DNA from: Bacteroidales bacterium UBA5235
GTDB taxonomy: Bacteria > Bacteroidota > Bacteroidia > Bacteroidales > VadinHA17
Assembly (NCBI GenBank): GCA_002409145.1
Contig: DHUL01000090.1
Location: 67,604 to 131,603 of the forward strand
Length of the DNA stretch: 64,000 nt
Direction of reading: 5' to 3'
Part shown: in pieces, positions 58,201 through 64,000 of the stretch
Position numbering within the stretch: position 1 is the first letter of the stretch
Layout of the letters: the number at the start of each line of letters is the position of its first letter
Made by a program: the position numbers and the translations under genes
The notes under the pieces: model-generated
What the model was told of the DNA's origin: nothing
The model's database searches: none
What the model saw: the letters and a program-made list of their open reading frames with translations, nothing else

Positions 58201-61200
58201 GTCCCCGGCACTCATTGTGCCCACTCCGGTATTTCTGATTCTGAGAGTGAATCGCTGGTCGGGAGCCAGTTCACATGCGGTGAAGGGTGACAAAATATCC
58301 ACAATACTGACATCGGAGGGCGCCTCATAGAGCCGTACATCGTCAAGAGCCACTCCGTCATATTGGTTGTTGAACTTATCAGCCTTGAATTTCAGTCTGA
58401 ACTGAACGTTGTTGCGTCCGGCAAGGGTGGAGGACAGGAGATGTCTTACGGTCATCCATGATCCGCTTTGTCCGCTCCACCCGTCAGTGCCAAGTGCGGA
58501 GACATACTTTCCGCTATACCAGTTCCAGTAGGCGTCAAATCCGGAATTTTCTGATATGGTTATCCAGCTGTGGCCGTCATCAACCGAGTAGAGCAGTGTG
58601 GAACCGTCAGCACCTTCTTCAGTATCCACCCGGAGCCTGGCTTCAAAGACCGGGTGAATAAGGCCGGATAAGTCATAGGATGGTGAATTCAGGAGTGCCT
58701 CACTGTCACTGATAAGGTCACCGTAAAGAGTAACATCGTCTATACTCAATCCCTGGGCTGTTGTTCCAGAAGCTGAGGAAGAAAATAGTGAGAACCTGAA
58801 CCTGAAGGAACCGGTTGAGGACAGGGAATCCGGGATTTCAATATGCCTGTATGTGAATTCCTGGTCCATGATAGCACTCCCACTGTTTTTCCATATGGTC
58901 ACCCAGGTGGCGCCATTGTCTGAACTTGCCTGGAAACTTACCGAATCACCACTCTGAACAGTAATCATCGATTGGTATTCGACTTTTAGGTTGCTGTAAC
59001 TGCTGACGTCAAATGAGGGTGAGGTTGCTGTATACTGGGTAGCAGCTGTTATTCCGTTCTCATACAGGTGCGGCAACGTTCCCCGGCCTGTAATGTCGGT
59101 TCCGATGCAATAATATCCGGAATATGCAAAATATGGAAGAAATACATAATCAGGGGTACCGCGTTCAAATTCGCCGGTAAATGTCCAACCTCTGTCAGAT
59201 TCAAAGTCATCCTGGAAGATTATTGCATTTGCACTGGTAATCAGGTCACCGTATGTTGAGGTCAGCCCTGTCACCCAGCTTTTTGTCCCTGATGAGGCAT
59301 TGTTGATTGTGTTTCCGGCAGGCACTCCATATTCCCACATAGGGTTTCCCGAAGGCCTCCAGTAACCGTTGCCAGACTCAAAGGTTTCAAGGCAGGGTGG
59401 AACATATGTCGGGACGATGTAAACCTCTGTTGCTATCTGGTCATTGCCGGCAAACTGGTCACCAGGGAATATTGTTTTTGCAAGCACTGATGGTCTCGGT
59501 CCCGGTGCTGATAGATCCACCCTGGTTGAAAAGGTAAAAAGTGCAGATCCGCCGACCGGGATATCATCATTCATTGTGTTTGTCACCCATGTAAGACCAC
59601 CGTCAAACGAATAGGCAACCGGTACGGGATCTGTCACCGGAGCGCCTCCTAAGTTGGAAATTCTCACAGTCACGGAGTCGGATGAAGTATGTCCGCTTCC
59701 GCTGAGGGGGTAAATCCATTCTGAAACACCCACGTCGCGGGTGATGAATTCGCCTGTGAGGTAAACATCATCAATGTTCCATCCGGAGTAGTTGTTAAAG
59801 CCGTCAGTAGGCCCCATGGTGTATCTGAACATCAGATTATTTGTCCGGGAGAAGTTTTCCGGAATTGTTATATGCTGTGTTGACCACATGTAGTCATTGA
59901 GATACGATGAGCTCTCCCAGACCGGGTGCCAAGTAATGCCGTTGTCAATACTCACATCCACCGAGGCGTGGTCCCAGACTTCGATGTTCAGCTGCCTCTG
60001 GAAGAAGAGGCTGAGGTTTTTGTAATAGTAGAGGTCAAGTACAGGTGAAGTTGCATGATATGATGATGACTCGCTTAAGTCAGGTTCATACTTGTAGGGA
60101 TACATCCCCAGGCCAGTGAGATCAGTCCCGAGGGAGTTGACACCCCGGAATGCTGAGGCCGGATCCGGGTTGCCGGGATCTCCGCCCTGCCCCGATGGCT
60201 GTCCGACCTCAAACTCACCTGTCAGCGTCCATCCATGGGCTCCTTCAAAGCCCTGGTAATATTGGGTTGAATACACTGTCCGCGCGCCCGCGGGAGACAA
60301 TTCCACAGAGGGGTAGAGAGTGTCGTTTGCCAGGATGCTGTTGGCTGCAAGTTTTGCATCAAGTACGTGTCCATATTCAACATCGTACTTCAGGTCATAG
60401 GTCAGCCATATATATGAGTTTCCCGGCGGCAGGATATAGTTCAGCCCGGTAAATTCAGCCACTCCGCCGGTGAAATTGCCAGGTGATCCTAGCTGAGTCT
60501 CAGTACTGAATACCTGGCTGGTGGTGGAATACAGTCTGACACCTCCAGGGATAATATCATTATCGGATGTATTAAGGGAATTGAATTTTATGCTCTGAAG
60601 TCTTGCAGTATCGCTGTTGCCGAGTACCGTAAAGTCAAGCCTCATCACCGGCACATCCGGAGTTCCTGAAGCGACATACTGCGAAAACGGTTGTCTTGCA
60701 TCTATCTCCCTGATCCACATCGGCTGAAGGCCTGTCGATTCCACGGTAATGTTGTCGATGCAGGTTCCGAATCCCCACCGGGTCTGCCCCTCAAATGCCA
60801 GATAATATGTTGCGGAGGGATTGGGGAGCGACAGGGTCTGAAGCTCCCAGCTGTAGACCGGGTCAAGAAAAGCATGCAGAAGCACCCATGGCGCACTTTC
60901 CGATACCTTATAGTAAACCCTGAGTATGTCCCAGCCGTTTGAACCTTCAAAATTCCACGGTATCTGGCAGAGATAAAAACTCAGTTCCACTGATGCTCCG
61001 CCGAGCAGATTCATAGGAGGGGTTATAAGTTTGGTCCGCTCATTTCCGTCTCCCTGCTTGAAGAATATTGCATTATATGTCCCCGAATATGCTGCAGGAG
61101 GATTACGGGTTATGTCCAGTTCCCAGGCAGGAACCAGCCAGTTGTTGTCATTCGGGCTATGACCACCGTTCCTGTAGCGCCATGGCTCTGTTCCGATCAC

Positions 61201-61350
61201 ACCCTCCTCTGTCCATCCATCAGGTCTGGCCCCCAGCTCGAAGCCCTCGGACAGATAAACCTGTGAATGCAGCAGAGATGCCTGAAATAATAAAATGAAT
61301 ATTACCAATAGCCTGGCTGATTCCGTTATCAAAGATTTCAGTCCGAACAT
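55267..61350 (-). CDS. Giant (2027 aa) T9SS-secreted modular surface protein with N-terminal jelly-roll (MAM / choice-of-anchor-like) modules, five tandem CARDB-like plus beta-sandwich modules and a Por C-terminal sorting domain
   Basis: It has a signal peptide. Recurrent module starts are EGFELG, QGFEGAHGW, ETFESGNGYW and DDFESDRGW, with ends such as IDDVYLTG and IDDVTLYG. Five units of 180-186 aa are each marked by Y(L/M)W(Q/H)D. The C-terminus is KIFPNPVSDILYI...LYILRIRV, typical of the T9SS CTD. Confidence 0.85.
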   Translation of the reverse strand: MFGLKSLITESARLLVIFILLFQASLLHSQVYLSEGFELGARPDGWTEEGVIGTEPWRYRNGGHSPNDNNWLVPAWELDITRNPPAAYSGTYNAIFFKQGDGNERTKLITPPMNLLGGASVELSFYLCQIPWNFEGSNGWDILRVYYKVSESAPWVLLHAFLDPVYSWELQTLSLPNPSATYYLAFEGQTRWGFGTCIDNITVESTGLQPMWIREIDARQPFSQYVASGTPDVPVMRLDFTVLGNSDTARLQSIKFNSLNTSDNDIIPGGVRLYSTTSQVFSTETQLGSPGNFTGGVAEFTGLNYILPPGNSYIWLTYDLKYDVEYGHVLDAKLAANSILANDTLYPSVELSPAGARTVYSTQYYQGFEGAHGWTLTGEFEVGQPSGQGGDPGNPDPASAFRGVNSLGTDLTGLGMYPYKYEPDLSESSSYHATSPVLDLYYYKNLSLFFQRQLNIEVWDHASVDVSIDNGITWHPVWESSSYLNDYMWSTQHITIPENFSRTNNLMFRYTMGPTDGFNNYSGWNIDDVYLTGEFITRDVGVSEWIYPLSGSGHTSSDSVTVRISNLGGAPVTDPVPVAYSFDGGLTWVTNTMNDDIPVGGSALFTFSTRVDLSAPGPRPSVLAKTIFPGDQFAGNDQIATEVYIVPTYVPPCLETFESGNGYWRPSGNPMWEYGVPAGNTINNASSGTKSWVTGLTSTYGDLITSANAIIFQDDFESDRGWTFTGEFERGTPDYVFLPYFAYSGYYCIGTDITGRGTLPHLYENGITAATQYTATSPSFDVSSYSNLKVEYQSMITVQSGDSVSFQASSDNGATWVTIWKNSGSAIMDQEFTYRHIEIPDSLSSTGSFRFRFSLFSSSASGTTAQGLSIDDVTLYGDLISDSEALLNSPSYDLSGLIHPVFEARLRVDTEEGADGSTLLYSVDDGHSWITISENSGFDAYWNWYSGKYVSALGTDGWSGQSGSWMTVRHLLSSTLAGRNNVQFRLKFKADKFNNQYDGVALDDVRLYEAPSDVSIVDILSPFTACELAPDQRFTLRIRNTGVGTMSAGDSIRIGYHIDRSGEIELAEETIFLSQPLAAGETRDFNLTRQFDFSASGDYLTTVYAIEPDPFFYRAVSNDTVQKLIQVHKPFVNLGNDLSTVRPDTVTLRAYSGTSGQNYLWQDNSTDSLFHVPAQGKYWVRVTNSFGCTASDTIRITALIADVGISRLIAPLSACELGSDTPVIAEITNFGTDTVEVGDTVFVYRNINSALLRDTLLVPARIVPGASVSYTFSTTADLSMPGTYNLKLFTRYQDDTHHLNDTLNYDLEVFGYPPVDLGPDIILTATEYPLAAPAGYSSYLWQDDSASDNFVVTEPGSGQYYVTVSDEHGCISSDTVNVILNVTDIRIARILSPETSCGLSDNITVSMRLINRGNITITAGKTITTGYKVDNGTDIIEPHTLNSDFFPGDSLDITFVQKTAVAAGQWYDFAVFASVTGDMKPENDTILMPVGIFATPVVDLGDDYQVVHGFEYTLDAGPGFSSYLWHDGSTGRTFTVNTPGITVCSVTVTDANGCTGFETVQVILAVPDVGITEIIHPSTTCSLGNDEHIKVAIRNFGNWDIDPGTSITVSYSLNGRPAVSEIITPGALFEHGTVIEHIFTQGEDFSIPDRYTISASTVYSSDLIPSNDTLTIDVDVLGSPLIDIGNGRDTILSLNPVVLSATPGYASYMWQDGSNSADFTVGEPGRGLYSVAVTGDNGCVTHDSVYVVFDLPDISVSSIKSPVSSCVLPGNTNVSVEIMNKGFYRIAAGSILALSYEVNGGSPASENITLADKIMPDSSITVTFSSKYDFSAPATYDLSVSVAWDPDRNALNNSITSNINVWGVPVVDIGQGLDTIRISSLPVTLDAGTGFASYLWQDNSVLSSYSVTQWGRYWVRVTDLHGCTAADTVVVRSSVGIEDLNAFPGTVKIFPNPVSDILYITAIPEQPEHIRLELYNPASQLIWMNEAGETTHLYREFNVQKLTPGLYILRIRVGERLFASKIIVARD

Positions 61351-61436
61351 ATTACTTCTTTAATTTCCCGTCAGGGCAACATAGTTATCCGTTTTTACGT
61401 ATAAATTCTAAATATGTTTAATTTTACGGACTGGTT

Positions 61437-64000
61437 TTGAAAACTAAACTCCGTTACCTCAAATACAAGTTAGTTGTCAGCAGTGCTTTGGCAGCATTAT
61501 TGCTGACAATGTCGACTCAGGTAAATGCCCAGGTAGATACCGAGTTCTGGTTCGTTGTGCCGGAATTGTCACATCGCGGCAATACAGGAGGAACACCCGG
61601 AACATTAAGGATGGCAACGCTTGAGCTGCCCGCCACGGTAACAATCAGCATGCCGGCCAATCCATACCATCCAACTCTTAACCCGGGCGGTTTCCAGGAT
61701 AGAGTCATCGATATAGCTGCAAATTCAACCGCTGCAGTCGATCTCACCTCTCTGATTGACATAGCGACTAACCCCGACAATAACCGCCTTGAAAACAAGC
61801 CTCTTACGGTTGACGGAATAAATAACTTCGGGCTGCACATCACATCCACAAACATGATTACCTGCTACTGGGAGGTAAATTATATCTACGGATCTGACCT
61901 TTGGACACTCAAGGGACGCAACGCGAAGGGAACTTTGTTCTACACACCCTTCCAGACCTTTTACAACAACAGGAACCTTACACCGAGAGCATATTCTGCA
62001 ATAGATATCGTTGCCACTGCTGACAATACCCAGGTGACAATAACCCTGCCTCAGGGGAAACAGGCCAGTTTCGGCTCCCTTCTTTATTCAATCCCTGCCG
62101 GCGGTACATATACGGTTACCCTTAACAGGGGACAGACGTTTTCCGTTTTTCCGTACAATTACAGCATCTTTGCCACGGACCGGCTTGCCGGCACCAGGAT
62201 TCAGTCGACCGAGGATATCTGCGTGACGGTCAAGGATGATGCAGTCGCAGTCAGCTCCCAGGGATTTGATGTGATAGGTGACCAGATAGTCCCTGTAAAT
62301 ATCGTTGGCAGCCATTATATAGTTCCGGACATGGGTAATCCCAACCATGTTTATGTGATTGCAACTGAAGACAATACACCAATTTATGTATATGACGGCA
62401 ACAATGTGCCGATCGGAGGGTCACCCTATACTACGCTGGACCGTGGCCAGCAGGCACTTATAATCATCCCGGGAGGCTCGAAGTTCGGACGTCTGACCTC
62501 CACGCTTAATCCGACTGATCCTCCAAAGCCATTTTATACATTTCACATTGGGGTTTTAAACCAGGCCAGGGCAGGAGCCCTTGTGCCTGCCATCGGATGT
62601 ACCGGAAATACCCAGCTTGCTTTTACCAGGTCACGGGATGAGAACAGATTCCATTTCTTTATTATCGTAAAAAAGGGCAACGAGGACAAGTTCCTCCTTG
62701 ACGGAATAAGACAGGACGGGATCATCGATCCGGGGGCATTCGAGGAGATTCCGGGATCAGGCGGATATATGGCATGGTTTTCGAACTTGATAAGCACCAA
62801 CGAACTTCCAATCGGGCAGCACCTGGTCGAGAATACCGGCGATATATTCCACCTGGGAATATTCAACGGTTTTACCGGGGCAGGGGAGGGGGGACTTTTC
62901 TACGGGTACTACTCTGATTTCGGCGGATTGAATATAGGGGCTAATGTTGCAGGTACCAACTCAATTGTTGTAAGGGCATGCTATGGTGACCCTGTTCAGC
63001 TCTATGCTTACGGGGGTACGAACTACCAGTGGAGTCCGGACACATACCTCGATGATGCGACCAGCAATCTGCCGACTGCAATTGATCTCCCTCCCGGACC
63101 GCACAACTATACGGTTGAAATATCAGGAGCATGTGAAGCAGGCACTAGAAACCTTACCGTGGAGGTATCAACACCCGTAAAGGCATTCTTCCAGACAAAT
63201 GTGCAGTCAGGATGCTCACCGCTCAGGGTTGACTTTGAGGATCAGTCATCGGGTGTCGCTTTCTGGCAGTATGAGATTGACGGAATCCTCACAACCTATG
63301 ACCTTGACCCTGAGACGCCATTCCAGCCCCCTCCGGGTTATCCCGAACCGTTTACAATTTCACATGTCTATACCAATTATACGAATGCTCCGATAATTGA
63401 TACTGTCACCCTGCTCGTGAAAAATGAAAGTTTCTGCGCAGACATATTTACCAAGACTATTGTTGTTTACCCTGAGATCTATTCGGAGTTTGAATTTGAC
63501 GGGGCGACCCGTGGTTGTGACCCTCTGCCCGTCAGTTTCATAAACACTTCATCAGGCAATACAGGTACCTGGTACTGGGAATTCGGTGACGGCGGCTCTT
63601 CAATTGACCAGAATCCTGAACACACCTACAGGAACCTCTTCGGGCCTGACAGCATCGTATTTGAGGCACGCCTGATAGCAATCTCACCTTACTACTGCCG
63701 TGACACCTCGTCACATACGGTAACGGTCATGCCATATATAGAGGCCAATTTCGTGTTTGATACAGTGTTTGCCTGTACGCCTCATGATATTGTAATCAGC
63801 GACCAGTCTTTCGGAGCGGATTTTTATTCCTGGGACTTTGGCAATGGAATAACATCAACTTCTCCAGGACCAGTTATTCCGGTAACCTACATAAACAACA
63901 CCGATTCTGTTGTTACATACACCGTAAAGTTACGCGTTGAGAACGATGAGGGGTGTTACGACGAAATTTCACGGGAAGTGGCTGTCTTTCCGGAAATCAG
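61437..64000 (+). CDS. Large secreted adhesin-like protein (3' end beyond window) with an IgGFc-binding-protein-like N-terminal beta-helix region followed by tandem PKD-like domains
   Basis: This ORF is not in the supplied track because it has no stop inside the window. I translated it by hand in the frame of 61437. A TTG start gives MKTKLRYLKYKLVVSSALAALLLTMSTQVNAQ, a signal peptide, followed by DTEFWFVVPEL. At least three PKD-like units follow (CSPLRVDFEDQSSG, CDPLPVSFINTSSGNTGTWYWEFGDGGSS..NPEHTY, CTPHDIVISDQSFGADFYSWDFGNG). An in-frame TAA lies at 61419. Confidence 0.8.
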   Translation, partial: MKTKLRYLKYKLVVSSALAALLLTMSTQVNAQVDTEFWFVVPELSHRGNTGGTPGTLRMATLELPATVTISMPANPYHPTLNPGGFQDRVIDIAANSTAAVDLTSLIDIATNPDNNRLENKPLTVDGINNFGLHITSTNMITCYWEVNYIYGSDLWTLKGRNAKGTLFYTPFQTFYNNRNLTPRAYSAIDIVATADNTQVTITLPQGKQASFGSLLYSIPAGGTYTVTLNRGQTFSVFPYNYSIFATDRLAGTRIQSTEDICVTVKDDAVAVSSQGFDVIGDQIVPVNIVGSHYIVPDMGNPNHVYVIATEDNTPIYVYDGNNVPIGGSPYTTLDRGQQALIIIPGGSKFGRLTSTLNPTDPPKPFYTFHIGVLNQARAGALVPAIGCTGNTQLAFTRSRDENRFHFFIIVKKGNEDKFLLDGIRQDGIIDPGAFEEIPGSGGYMAWFSNLISTNELPIGQHLVENTGDIFHLGIFNGFTGAGEGGLFYGYYSDFGGLNIGANVAGTNSIVVRACYGDPVQLYAYGGTNYQWSPDTYLDDATSNLPTAIDLPPGPHNYTVEISGACEAGTRNLTVEVSTPVKAFFQTNVQSGCSPLRVDFEDQSSGVAFWQYEIDGILTTYDLDPETPFQPPPGYPEPFTISHVYTNYTNAPIIDTVTLLVKNESFCADIFTKTIVVYPEIYSEFEFDGATRGCDPLPVSFINTSSGNTGTWYWEFGDGGSSIDQNPEHTYRNLFGPDSIVFEARLIAISPYYCRDTSSHTVTVMPYIEANFVFDTVFACTPHDIVISDQSFGADFYSWDFGNGITSTSPGPVIPVTYINNTDSVVTYTVKLRVENDEGCYDEISREVAVFPEI

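Noticed and set aside
55545-58320. A regular periodicity of about 550 bp that could be mistaken for a repeat array or CRISPR-like structure.
   Set aside because: The period is far too long for CRISPR and the units are diverged protein-domain repeats within one continuous ORF. No short direct repeats with unique spacers occur anywhere in the window.

Overview
The window looks like ordinary chromosome from a Bacteroidota-like, probably anaerobic, bacterium. This is an inference from several signals: T9SS C-terminal sorting domains, exact TAnnTTTG -7 promoter boxes, BlaR1-TonB fusions, a DUF2723 protein, a short ATP synthase epsilon subunit and a Psr-type respiratory cluster. It is densely coding, with about 55 CDS and one tRNA-Arg(CCT). 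I saw no rRNA, CRISPR array, transposase, integrase or phage genes, and no recognisable defence system. Content from left to right: a partial receiver domain, selU and a U32 peptidase; an AsmA-like protein with an orphan histidine kinase; pepE; an ECF sigma/anti-sigma/outer-membrane module; and a GH16-like protein lacking both catalytic glutamates. Next come an e(P4) phosphatase, BlaI with a BlaR1-TonB fusion, and a TetR-controlled cluster of a LolA-like protein, two FtsX permeases, an ABC ATPase and an outer-membrane protein. These are followed by a LytS/LytTR plus LiaF-like module, yceD-rpmF-plsX-fabH, and a near-complete F-type ATP synthase locus preceded by a bactofilin and interrupted by a polyprenyl synthetase. 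Then come an aromatic-amino-acid decarboxylase; a zincin/beta-propeller/barrel protein divergent from a DUF2723 (TMEM260-like) membrane protein; ettA; and a Tat-dependent molybdopterin reductase cluster (PsrABC-like) with split YeeE/YedE and an atypical rhodanese. The window ends with two divergent giant adhesin-like genes; the second runs off the window and is absent from the supplied ORF track. I cannot point to one clear-cut novel system. The best candidates are the Psr/YeeE/Cys-less rhodanese cluster, the TetR-LolA-like-FtsX-OMP export cluster, the catalytically degenerate GH16-like protein, the zincin-propeller/DUF2723 pair, and a 139-bp nested palindrome built from heptamer repeats between two convergent genes. 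All functional calls come from reading motifs by eye; no database search was run.
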